From Nitrospirota bacterium (lineage in GTDB: Bacteria; JACPQY01): a DNA stretch of 51,585 nucleotides. Within the stretch, counting starts at the first letter, position 1, and each line of letters begins with the position of its first letter. Where the stretch lies: assembly GCA_016180645.1 (NCBI GenBank), contig JACPAV010000040.1:1-51585 (forward strand), read 5' to 3'. Position numbers and translations under genes: made by a program. The notes under the pieces are model-generated. The model did no database searches. It was not told the DNA's origin and saw nothing but the letters and a program-made list of their open reading frames with translations. This document shows positions 9,491 through 18,680 of this stretch, in pieces.

Positions 9491-10723
9491 ATGTGGGCTC
9501 AAATCATCGTCATCCTGGTCCTCGGGGCCCAGGGAGGGCCCACGCACAACTTCGAGTCGGCGGCATCCTGCGCCAAGTGTCACTCCAGCATCCACGCCGA
9601 GTGGCGGAATACGATGCACGCCCAATCGTATTCCGAGCCAATCTTCCAGATGGTTTTCCATCAGGTGGCGTCGGAGGCCGACCGAAGGTCCTGCCTTGTC
9701 TGCCATGCTCCCCTCGCGCAACGGACCGGCGACTTCACACTGGATGATCCCATCACGCGCGAGGGCGTGACCTGCGACGTTTGCCACACCGTGTCCAATC
9801 TGCCCGAGGTCGGATCGCCGGGCAGCCTCGTACTCAGTCCCGGCAAGACCAAACGGGGACCCTTCGCCGCGGAGGAACTGACCGAGAAAGGCCACAAGAA
9901 CGAATATTCGCCCGCGCATCTCAAATCGGAGTTCTGCGGCGCCTGCCATGAGGTCGTGAACAAGCACGGGTTTCACGTCATGAGCACCTTCACGGAATGG
10001 GCGGAAGGACCCTATCCCCACTCCGGCACGCAATGCCAGAACTGCCACATGCCCGACGACGTCCGCTTTCCGATCGTGGACTCGGACGTGGTGGCGAGCA
10101 TCAAGACGGCCACCTCGCATGGGTTCATGGGGGGGCACTCCCTCATCCAGGTTGAGAAGGCGGCGGAGATTGCGCTCGTCGCCGAGAAGACCAAGAAAAG
10201 CATCGAGGCGATCGTATATGTCACGAACAAGGAGTCGGGCCACAAACTGCCCACCGGCATTCCGACCCGCCAGCTGGTCCTGACCGTGCGCCTCCTGGAC
10301 GAAGACCGCCGGCGCGTACTGGAGGAAAAGACGGCGGATTTTCGGCGCGTGGTGGCGGATGCGACGGGTCGCGAGATTGACGCCGACGATCCCGCCGGGA
10401 TGCTGCTCAATGCGACGCAGGTCCTGCGCGACAACCGTCCCTCGCCCAAGGAAACGGTTCGGGAATCCTTCTCGTTCAAAGCCCCTGAGCCTCCAAGGAC
10501 TCTCCATGTGGAGGCGGTGCTCGAATACCACCTCAAGCCCGATGTGCCGGGCCGTGGGCCGACCCACATCGAAATGGCGCGCGCGCAGTTCCCGCTGGAA
10601 GTGGAGGCGGGAGGGAGTCTGCTGAAGTCCGCCTGGATCCCGCTGGCCGTCCTCGGCGCCGCCTGGGCGCTGGTTTATCTCTTCCGGCGCGCAGGAGGCG
10701 CAAGCCGTGCCGGAAGCGACTAG
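9491..10723 (+). CDS. Pentaheme cytochrome c (c554/c552-like) with beta-rich C-terminal domain and C-terminal membrane anchor
   Basis: CAKCH, CLVCH, CDVCH, CGACH, CQNCH; GHKLPTG motif; terminal hydrophobic helix followed by RR. Confidence 0.88.
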   Translation: MWAQIIVILVLGAQGGPTHNFESAASCAKCHSSIHAEWRNTMHAQSYSEPIFQMVFHQVASEADRRSCLVCHAPLAQRTGDFTLDDPITREGVTCDVCHTVSNLPEVGSPGSLVLSPGKTKRGPFAAEELTEKGHKNEYSPAHLKSEFCGACHEVVNKHGFHVMSTFTEWAEGPYPHSGTQCQNCHMPDDVRFPIVDSDVVASIKTATSHGFMGGHSLIQVEKAAEIALVAEKTKKSIEAIVYVTNKESGHKLPTGIPTRQLVLTVRLLDEDRRRVLEEKTADFRRVVADATGREIDADDPAGMLLNATQVLRDNRPSPKETVRESFSFKAPEPPRTLHVEAVLEYHLKPDVPGRGPTHIEMARAQFPLEVEAGGSLLKSAWIPLAVLGAAWALVYLFRRAGGASRAGSD

Positions 10724-10842
10724 GACGGTCGACCCGGCCGGCGTTCGTCCGGCCGCGGCGTCCCTCCTTCCGCAGCGAAGGGAAAAAACGAGTGAGCGAG
10801 GTTAATCATAACCGCCGTCGAATTCTTGAGTGGGAGGTGTTC

Positions 10843-11283
10843 ATGCCGAAATCAATGCAATTCTCTCCTTCGGTCCGGGTTCTCGTCCTGCTGCTCACGG
10901 CTTACGGCTCACTGCTCACCCTGTCCGCGTGCGGTGATCCCTTCTCGCGCGGTGAAGCCAAAGAAGAAGTTGTGGTGAACGGGACAGTCGCGGCGCCCGA
11001 AGGGGTTGTCGTCGAGGACAAGATCGAGCTCAGTTTCAGCAGGGACGTCTACCCCATCCTTCAATCCAAATGCTCGGGCTGTCACGCCGGCGCGGGGTTT
11101 GGGTCCTACAAGCTGTCGGGCGTCGTCGCCAGCGACTACCCCACGATCAAGGCCCTTGTGAACACGGACTCGCCGGCGGAAAGCAAACTTCTTGTGAAGG
11201 GGATCACCATGGCCCTCACGGCCGGTTCGGCCGAATACGAAACCATCAAAACGTGGATCACCCAAGGCGCGGCTAATAACTGA
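10843..11283 (+). CDS. Monoheme cytochrome c lipoprotein (planctomycete cytochrome c domain-like)
   Basis: LSAC lipobox; SFSRDVYPILQSKCSGCH and IKTWITQGA motifs; GGAGG RBS before 10843. Confidence 0.8.
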   Translation: MPKSMQFSPSVRVLVLLLTAYGSLLTLSACGDPFSRGEAKEEVVVNGTVAAPEGVVVEDKIELSFSRDVYPILQSKCSGCHAGAGFGSYKLSGVVASDYPTIKALVNTDSPAESKLLVKGITMALTAGSAEYETIKTWITQGAANN

Positions 11284-11306
11284 AAGAAAGGCCCGTGCGA
11301 TATCTA

Positions 11307-11409
11307 AGAGCCTCTAGCAGAAGGCCGATTCGTAGGGGAGCATCTTCAGATGCTCCCTCTTGTCGGGAGGGTCTGAAGACCCTCCCCTACGCATTTTGTT
11401 AGAGGCTCT
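11307..11409. repeat. GTAG-type REP doublet (BIME-like), bounded by AGAGCCTCTA/TAGAGGCTCT
   Basis: GTAGGGGAGCATCTTCAGATGCTCCC followed by GGGAGGGTCTGAAGACCCTCCCCTAC. Confidence 0.8.
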
Positions 11410-11424
11410 GAAAAGGAGAACACA

Positions 11425-12870
11425 ATGAGAAAAAACAGGGTCAAAACATTCAAAGGGTGGACCTTCGGCTTTCTGGCCATGTCCGTGTGTGCCGGAGTCC
11501 TGCTCGCAGGTTGCGGCAGCGAAACCGCTGACGTCGATCTCACCACGGCCAGCGTGGCCAACGGGGGCCTTCTCTACGACAAGTGGTGGAAGGTATCCAA
11601 ACTGACCACGACCGAGCCCACGGACACCCATGCCCTTTATCCGGCCGATGGGAAACAGAAGGGAGCCGACACATGGCGGTGCAAGGAATGCCACGGCTGG
11701 GACTACAAGGGCAAAGACGGCGCCTACGCCAAGGGCAGCCATTTCACTGGCATAACGGGGATAAACGCGGCCGCCGCCAAGGGGGCAAGCAAGGTCTACG
11801 ACGCCCTCCGTGGGAAACCCAATGCTTCCCACAATTTCGCGACGGTGTTGAGCGACGCCGAAGTGAAGGATCTGACCCGGTTCGTCCTGGAAGGTTTGTA
11901 TGATTCCGGTGGCGTCGTGGGTTCGGACAAGAAGGCCACAGGCGGCGACGCGACTCAGGGCAAGACGGTCTACACGACTACCATGAGCTGCAACAACTGC
12001 CATGGGGATGACGGGATGAAGATCGAGTTCCATGACGAGGAATACCTCGGCGATCTCGCGCTCGACAATCCCTGGGAGTTTCTCCACAAGGCCCGTTTCG
12101 GGAACCCCGGCTCCACTATGCCCGGAACGGTTCCGCAGAGTGTGAGCAATGACGTGTTGCCGAACCTGCTGGCCTACTCGCAGTCGCTTGGAGCGGCGTG
12201 GGCCTCCGCGTCCCTGAAGACAGGCGGGCTCATCTACGACAAGTGGTGGAAAGTATCCAAGAAGACCACCACCGAGCCCACGGGCAATCACGCCTTGTAT
12301 CCGTCGACCGGTAAGCAGAGCGGAGCCGACACGTGGCGCTGCAAGGAATGCCACGGCTGGGACTACAAGGGAAAGGACGGCGCCTATTCCAAGGGCAGCC
12401 ACCTGACGGGTATCGCCGGTATCATCGGCGCAAAGGACAAAACCCGCGTGCAGATCGGCGACGCCCTGAAAGGTGTGTCCGTCGCCGGCCACACTTTTAG
12501 TTCACTGCTCAGCGATGAAGAGCTGGCATCGGTGACCAAATTCATCAAGACCGGGATCATCGATATGGCCACCTACGTTGATTCATCCACAAAAGCGGGA
12601 AAGGGCGACTCGTCCAACGGGAAAACACTGTTCGATGGCAAGGCGCAATGCTCAAGCTGCCACGGGACGGATGGCAAGAAGATGAACTTGGCCCACGAAC
12701 CGCCCGAGGAGGAATACATCGGCGACATGGCGAACGACAATCCCTGGGAGACGCTCCACAAGATCCGGATCGGTCACCCGGGTGCAACCATGCCGAGCGG
12801 TCTGCAAGACAACGGCCTGACCGACAAAGAAACAGGAGACGTCCTGACGTACGCCCAATCTCTCAAGTGA
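11425..12870 (+). CDS. Tetraheme cytochrome c lipoprotein built from two tandem diheme modules
   Basis: LAGC lipobox; two copies of GGLxYDKWW...WRCKECHGWDYKG, followed by CNNCH and CSSCH domains with NPWE.LHK.R.G.PG..MP. Confidence 0.9.
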   Translation: MRKNRVKTFKGWTFGFLAMSVCAGVLLAGCGSETADVDLTTASVANGGLLYDKWWKVSKLTTTEPTDTHALYPADGKQKGADTWRCKECHGWDYKGKDGAYAKGSHFTGITGINAAAAKGASKVYDALRGKPNASHNFATVLSDAEVKDLTRFVLEGLYDSGGVVGSDKKATGGDATQGKTVYTTTMSCNNCHGDDGMKIEFHDEEYLGDLALDNPWEFLHKARFGNPGSTMPGTVPQSVSNDVLPNLLAYSQSLGAAWASASLKTGGLIYDKWWKVSKKTTTEPTGNHALYPSTGKQSGADTWRCKECHGWDYKGKDGAYSKGSHLTGIAGIIGAKDKTRVQIGDALKGVSVAGHTFSSLLSDEELASVTKFIKTGIIDMATYVDSSTKAGKGDSSNGKTLFDGKAQCSSCHGTDGKKMNLAHEPPEEEYIGDMANDNPWETLHKIRIGHPGATMPSGLQDNGLTDKETGDVLTYAQSLK

Positions 12871-13038
12871 TGCGGGCTTTCGAAGATGCGGAGTCGCTGG
12901 GGGCATCGCGCCGGAGCGCCGGGGTGATGCCCCCGGAGCGGGGACGGGGGCAAGAGTGTCCAGGAGGGGAGATCCCAGGGGGATCTGATCGACTCAGCTC
13001 GACTTTTGCCATTTTTTGAAAGGTTTATGTTGGTCATG

Positions 13039-13169
13039 ATGCGTAGGGGAGGGTCTTCAGACCCTCCCGACAAGAGGGAGCAATTCGTAGGGGCGGATCT
13101 TTAGATCCGCCCGTATTGGGAGCATCTGAAGATGCTCCCCTACGAATCGGCATTCTATCAGAGGCTCTA
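13039..13169. repeat. GTAG-type REP cluster, inverted copy of the 11307-11394 element with a third REP inserted
   Basis: Reverse complement of the left element plus an extra GTAGGGGCGGATCTTTAGATCCGCCC unit. Confidence 0.8.
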
Positions 13170-13474
13170 AGCGACGGATCCCGGAGGGAACGCAGCGATC
13201 CCGACACCGACTTCAGTCTTCGGATGCGCCAAGTATCCCTGCACCGCCGAAGCGATGGAGGATGTCACGGTGGAGTTCGTCGGCCGGAGTCCTCTCATGA
13301 CCATCCTGGGAAAACACCCACACCTGTTGTTTCCACGCGGCAGCCCATCCCGTGGAGGAGTACAATTCCGGCGGCGGTCTTGATGCCCTCTACGGGCCGC
13401 ACCTGCGGCATGACGCAGGCGTGTAGCGGGCAGTGAATGGGCTGATGAAGGCTGCGCTTCGCCGGCCTGTTCTG

Positions 13475-13509
13475 AGAGAAACACACCGGCGCAGAGGCTC
13501 CTGCGCCGG
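13475..13509 (-). terminator. Intrinsic terminator after the small Cys-rich lipoprotein gene
   Basis: 9-bp stem CCGGCGCAG/CTGCGCCGG followed on the minus strand by TGTGTTTCTCT. Confidence 0.6.
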
Positions 13510-13535
13510 CCGCTAGAAAATCTTCCGGGGTCGGA

Positions 13536-13871
13536 TCAGCTCAAGTCTGACTTGCAAATGTCCGTCTTGGTCTGTTCGATCGAAGTCAGGATCTCCGAGC
13601 ACTCCGAATCGCTGATCGCTTCCCCCGGGTCGTCGCAGGTATATCCTTGGGCCAGGAGGTCGCAGTCGGCCTGATTGACCCCGGTTGGAAGCGGCTTGCA
13701 TGCGCAGATCTTGTTAAAAAGGGTCAAGCAACTCCCCCCCGTCACGGCCGCCTTGGTCTTGCCGGCCGGGCATGAGATCTCCGCTTCGTCGTCGCTGCAC
13801 GCGTAGAGGGCAGCCATGGCAAGAGTGGCAACCGTGGCTAGAATGGACTAGCTCTTGAATGAATATTTCAT
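13536..13871 (-). pseudogene. Small Cys-rich lipoprotein with an in-frame TAG at codon 8
   Basis: Reads MKYSFKS*SILATVATLAMAALYA-CSDDE; TAG at 13848-13850; the mature part has eight further Cys. Confidence 0.65.
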
Positions 13872-13995
13872 GATCTTCACCGCCTTTCGCCCCGCCTTGT
13901 ATCCGGCGGCTTCCGGGAGGTCAAGCAAAATGTGGCTTGCGGCCGGCCTTGCAGGGCTCTTCCCCCGTTGAGGATCCGCCCTGGCAGGACCGTTT

Positions 13996-16900
13996 TCATG
14001 AAGATCGACTTTCTCTTTCCACCCAGGCGTAAAGGGCCGGCAGGACGATCAGGGTCAGCAGGGTCGATGTCAATACGCCGCCGATGACGACGGTGGCCAG
14101 CGGTCGCTGGACCTCCGCCCCGATGCCCGTGTTGAGGGCCATCGGCAGGAATCCGAGGCTGGCGACAAGGGCGGTCATGAGGACCGGCCGGAGGCGGATG
14201 AGGGCGCCCTCTCTCGCCGCCGAACGCGCGTCGGCTCCTTCCGCCCGCAGTTGGTTGAAGAATGTCATGAGCACCATTCCATTGAGCACGGCGATCCCCG
14301 TGAGGGCGATGAACCCGACCGCGGCCGATACGCTCAGCGGGATTCCGCGAAACGCGAGGGCGAAAACGCCTCCCGTTACGGCCAGGGGAATCCCGGTGTA
14401 GATCAACAGCGCCTGCTGGAGCGTGCCGAACGTCCGCCACAAGATAAGAAAGACGGCCGCCAGAATAAGAGGCACGATGACGGCCAATCGTTTCCGCGCT
14501 CGCTCAAGGTTCTTGAACTGGCCGCCCCAACTGAGAGAATAGCCTTCGGGAAGGTTCAGGTTTTCCGCCACGGCCCGCTTGGCCTCCTCCACGAAACTCA
14601 CGATGTCCCTCCCGGAAAGGAACACCGCCACGGCCGCGTACCGTTGCGAGTAGTCGTGCGAGATGGTCGTAACCTCGCCCTTGATCTTGAAGCCGGCGAC
14701 CTTGCGCAAGGGGATGCTTCCCCCGTCTATGCCGACGGGCAGGGACTTAATCGTCTCGATGTTCTCGCGCTTTTCCTCCGCCACCCTCAGCACGATTGGG
14801 AACCGCCATTGTTGCTCGTAGAAACTCCCCACTTCCTTGCCGGCCATGGCGGCCTCCAAGAGGTCGTTGACTTGGTGGATGTTCAAGCCGTAACGGGCGA
14901 TGGCCGTGTAATCGGGGTGGGCGCTGAGGACCGGGCTCTTTCGCAGCGCGGTCAGGGCGTCCATCTCCACCGCCTCGGCTCCTGGTACTTTCTCAAGGAC
15001 GGTGATGGCTTTCTCGATGAGCTCGGTCAGCAGCGGCAAATCCTTTCCGTAGATCCGCAGCGTCACGTCGGCGCGACTGCCCTCGAGGATTTCGCTGACG
15101 CGCATCTCGATGGGCTGGTTTTCGCTGACCTCCTGGCCCGGCGTCGCACGCTCAAGGGCCTCTTTGATGGCCCCATAAAGCTCTTTCTTGGTCCGCCGCC
15201 CGCCATGGGCCGTGGCGGGCCACTGGGAAAGGTCCTTTTTCAGAATCACGAAGGTGTCGGAGAGGTGTACGCCCATCGCGTCCATCGCGGCTTCGGCCGT
15301 CCCGACCCGCGAATAGACCTCCTCCACTTCAGGGAAGTCCGCGATCACCCTGTCGCTCTTCATCTGCATCCGCAGGGAGGCGTCCACGCCGATGTCCGAT
15401 GACCGGGTCAGGTTGATGACGAAATCTCCTTCATCCAAAGGCGGCATGAAGTCCGCGCCCATGCGGCGATAGACGAGCAGGGCGGCGACGAGCAGGACGA
15501 CCGCGGGGGCCAGGGCGATGGCGCGATGCCGGAGGCTTGCGTCGAGAACCGGCCGGTACATCCTGCGGAAGAGCCTGAACACGAGGGTCTCTTTTAGCTT
15601 CCCCGCCCTTACCGGCCTCAAATACAGATAAGCCAGGATCGGCATCAGGAAGACCGCAACGATAAGCGAGGCGCCCAAAGCCATCAATACTGTCACGGCC
15701 ATCGGCTGGAACAGTTTTCCTTCGATCCCTTCAAGGGCCAGAATCGGCACATACACGAGCATGATGATCAACATGCCAAGAGTGACCGGTTTGATCACCT
15801 CTGATACGGAATCCAAAATCAGATCCATCCGTGAGTCGGACGCGAACGGCACTCGCGACATCTGACGGCGGCCAGGGATGGCCGCATCCTGAAGCGAGTG
15901 GCGGGAACCGGGATCGCCCCCTTCGCTCGTGGGCCTTGCCAGGCCTCGCGTAAGGCCCACGTCCGGGGACGACGATCGGAAGGTTGATACAGTCTTTGCG
16001 TCGAGTTTGCCGTTATTTTCCTCCAATCGGCGGAGCGTGTTCTCGATGATCACTATGGCGGCATCCACCAGGAGGCCGAAGTCGATGGCGCCCAGGCTCA
16101 TCAGATTGGCGGAAACACCCAGCCACCTCATCCCGATAAAACCGAAAAGCATCGACAGGGGAATGGCGAGAGCAACGAATACGGAGCCGCGCAAGTTGCC
16201 CAGGAGAATGACCAGGACGGCGATGACCAGGGCCGCCCCTTCGGCGAGGTTTTTCGCCACGGTTTTCAACGTTGCGTTGACGAGGTAGCTCCGGCTGTAG
16301 ACAAGCTTGAGCTCCACGTCGGGCGGCATGGGGGCCACCTTGAGTGCCCGCTCTGCGTCCGTGGCCACTTGCCGGGAGTTGGCTCCGGCGAGCATCAAGA
16401 CAAATCCCAACACCGTCTCCTCGCCGTTGTAGGTCGCTCCGCCCACCCGCTGGGAATAGCCCTCGCGGACGTCCGCCACCTCGGACAAGGCCACGGGCTT
16501 GCCGCGCACGTCCAGCTTGATGGGGAGGCCGCGGATCTCCTCGAGGTTTTCCACGCGGCCGGAGGTCCTGACGATCACTTGCCTGCCCTTGGGCTGGATA
16601 TAGCCCCCCCCGAAGTTCTCGCCGAGCGCCTCCAGGCGCTCGGCGATCTGTTCGATGGTGAGGCCGAATCGCTCCAGCCTCTCCGGATGGATTTCGATGT
16701 GAATCTCCTTCTTGTAGCCTCCGATGGAGTCCACCCCCGCCACGTTCTTGATCGACCGCTTGAGATAGGGCACGACAACGAAGTCGTGGAGCGTTCGGAG
16801 GTGGAGGAGACGCTCCTTCTCCGGCTTGGAAGCCAGGGGACTGCCGGGTTTGGCCAGCACCACGTACATGGCCACCTCGCCCAAGCCCGTGGTGATCGGC

Positions 16901-17289
16901 GCAAGCTCCGGAGAGAGGCCCCCCGGCAGCTCGCCTCGGACGCTCTGAAGCCTTTCCGCGACCTGCTGACGCGCCCAGTAGATGTCGGTCCCGTCCTCGA
17001 AATTGATGATCACCTGGGAGAGGCCGTATTTGGAGAGCGATCGCGCCTCCTTGACGCGGGCGATGCCGCTCATTTCGGTCTCGATGGGAAAGGTGACGGT
17101 CTTCTCGATCTGCTCCGGGTCCAGGGCCTTGGTGTCGGTGTTGACCATGACCTGCACCGGCGTGATGTCCGGCACGGCGTCCACGGGCAAATTCGCCACG
17201 AGATAGGCGCCGATCGCGGCAACGGCGGCAAACAGCAGGAGGACCGTAGTTCGATTTCGAAGACTTTGTTGAACCAGCCAATTCAGCAT
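13996..17289 (-). CDS. czcA: CzcA/CusA heavy-metal efflux RND permease
   Basis: DAVPDIT, LMSLGAIDFGLLVD, RLRPVLMTALVASLGFLPMA, GAEVQRPLATVVIGG. Confidence 0.95.
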   Translation of the reverse strand: MLNWLVQQSLRNRTTVLLLFAAVAAIGAYLVANLPVDAVPDITPVQVMVNTDTKALDPEQIEKTVTFPIETEMSGIARVKEARSLSKYGLSQVIINFEDGTDIYWARQQVAERLQSVRGELPGGLSPELAPITTGLGEVAMYVVLAKPGSPLASKPEKERLLHLRTLHDFVVVPYLKRSIKNVAGVDSIGGYKKEIHIEIHPERLERFGLTIEQIAERLEALGENFGGGYIQPKGRQVIVRTSGRVENLEEIRGLPIKLDVRGKPVALSEVADVREGYSQRVGGATYNGEETVLGFVLMLAGANSRQVATDAERALKVAPMPPDVELKLVYSRSYLVNATLKTVAKNLAEGAALVIAVLVILLGNLRGSVFVALAIPLSMLFGFIGMRWLGVSANLMSLGAIDFGLLVDAAIVIIENTLRRLEENNGKLDAKTVSTFRSSSPDVGLTRGLARPTSEGGDPGSRHSLQDAAIPGRRQMSRVPFASDSRMDLILDSVSEVIKPVTLGMLIIMLVYVPILALEGIEGKLFQPMAVTVLMALGASLIVAVFLMPILAYLYLRPVRAGKLKETLVFRLFRRMYRPVLDASLRHRAIALAPAVVLLVAALLVYRRMGADFMPPLDEGDFVINLTRSSDIGVDASLRMQMKSDRVIADFPEVEEVYSRVGTAEAAMDAMGVHLSDTFVILKKDLSQWPATAHGGRRTKKELYGAIKEALERATPGQEVSENQPIEMRVSEILEGSRADVTLRIYGKDLPLLTELIEKAITVLEKVPGAEAVEMDALTALRKSPVLSAHPDYTAIARYGLNIHQVNDLLEAAMAGKEVGSFYEQQWRFPIVLRVAEEKRENIETIKSLPVGIDGGSIPLRKVAGFKIKGEVTTISHDYSQRYAAVAVFLSGRDIVSFVEEAKRAVAENLNLPEGYSLSWGGQFKNLERARKRLAVIVPLILAAVFLILWRTFGTLQQALLIYTGIPLAVTGGVFALAFRGIPLSVSAAVGFIALTGIAVLNGMVLMTFFNQLRAEGADARSAAREGALIRLRPVLMTALVASLGFLPMALNTGIGAEVQRPLATVVIGGVLTSTLLTLIVLPALYAWVERESRSS

Positions 17290-17300
17290 GGGATGACCTC

Positions 17301-18569
17301 CTATTGAGTCGCGAGTAGGGACAGCACATCCCGTTCACCGGCCAAGCCGAGCAAGTCCAGAACCTTGTCGGCGAGCGAGAACTGCGCATCGAGCGCCCGA
17401 AGGCGCGTCTCCGCGATTTCCGAATCGAGTTCGAGGAACGTGAGCAGGTCCAGGCGACCCTTCCGGAATTCTTCGTCGGCCTCTTTCAGCCCCGCGTCCA
17501 GTTCCTTCGACAAAGATTCCGGGTATCGCTGCACCGCAAATCGGGCGGCCTCGTATTCGTTCCAAAGCCGTCCCAATCGGGCCTCGATCTGCTGCTCGGT
17601 GAACCGAAGTAGCCGCCGCTTGGCCTCGATCTTTCGTTCGGAGCTTTCGATGCCGGCGATGTTCCGGTTGAGCACCGGGACAGGAAGCGAGATCCCCGCC
17701 CCGATCAGGCGTTGAGCCGTTCCGCCTCTCTCATGTTCGTAGAAAATTCCCGGCGTAAAGTCCGGCTTCGCTTCCAGTTGCGCGAGGTCTTTCTCCTTCC
17801 GCGCCGCGCCCAGGCGAATTTTCCCGGCGGCCAACTCGACGTTGCCTTCCATCGCGGCGGCGAGCCACTTCGCTCGATCGACGGCGCCCGATCCGCTAAG
17901 CCGTGGAATTTCGATATCCGGCGGCGGGGTGGAATGGAGGCCTGCGTAGAAGTTCAGCCCCTCGAACGTTGCTTTGACTTGCCCTTGGAGTTGCATGGCT
18001 TCGGTCGCCAGATTGGCCAGGCGCCTCTCCACCAATCGACGCTCAACCTTCTGTTGGGGTGAAGGCAGGAGGTGGCCGGTCAAGTACGTGCGAATCAATT
18101 CGAACCTATTCTGTCGCTCCTCATTGACCTCCGTTTTCCGCCGGCCGGTCACATACTCGTAGGCAAGCGCAACCACCTCCCGGATGACGAAGAGTTCCGT
18201 CTCCCGCAGGTCTGCTTCGGCTCCTTCCGTATCCAGCTCGCCGATTTCGCGTCGCAATCGTTGCTTGCCGGGATAGAAAACGGGCTGAGACACGGAGACC
18301 TCGAACAGCGCCCCTGTTCCGGACTCGCTCTTCAGCCCGCCGGCAAGATCCGCGGAGGGGTTCTGCCATGCCCCCGCCTGGCGGGCGGCGTAGCGCTCTT
18401 GTTCGACGCGGGCTCGGAGCGACGCGATCGATTCGCTCCGCTCCAGCGCCCGTTCGATCAAGGCGGCAAGCGTCACCGCGCCTTCAGTCTGCTCGGCGGC
18501 CATCGATCTCCCGCCCCCGCCGTCGAAGGCTATGAGAATGGCAACCACGGTCATCAAGAATCGACGCAT
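17301..18569 (-). CDS. TolC/CzcC-family outer membrane factor
   Basis: Signal peptide, helical repeats, GISLPVPVLNRN motif; GGAGG RBS before MRRFL; directly upstream of czcA. Confidence 0.85.
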   Translation of the reverse strand: MRRFLMTVVAILIAFDGGGGRSMAAEQTEGAVTLAALIERALERSESIASLRARVEQERYAARQAGAWQNPSADLAGGLKSESGTGALFEVSVSQPVFYPGKQRLRREIGELDTEGAEADLRETELFVIREVVALAYEYVTGRRKTEVNEERQNRFELIRTYLTGHLLPSPQQKVERRLVERRLANLATEAMQLQGQVKATFEGLNFYAGLHSTPPPDIEIPRLSGSGAVDRAKWLAAAMEGNVELAAGKIRLGAARKEKDLAQLEAKPDFTPGIFYEHERGGTAQRLIGAGISLPVPVLNRNIAGIESSERKIEAKRRLLRFTEQQIEARLGRLWNEYEAARFAVQRYPESLSKELDAGLKEADEEFRKGRLDLLTFLELDSEIAETRLRALDAQFSLADKVLDLLGLAGERDVLSLLATQ

Positions 18570-18680
18570 ATAGGAAACCTCCAAATCGCAATCGGATGGA
18601 TTCCAAGCCATTCAGGCTTGAGTCTGGAACAACTTGAAACGGGCGCCTGCCTTTGAATGAGGGCAGGCGGGGAGAAAGAA

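Noticed and set aside
9491-12870. MtrAB-type porin-cytochrome conduit
   Set aside because: No beta-barrel gene or decaheme cytochrome in the cluster
11307-13169. REP clusters and the giant-protein repeats considered as a CRISPR array
   Set aside because: No regularly spaced identical repeats with unique spacers and no cas genes
13170-13484. 105-aa ORF or possible structured RNA downstream of the terminator
   Set aside because: No recognisable protein motif or RNA family signature
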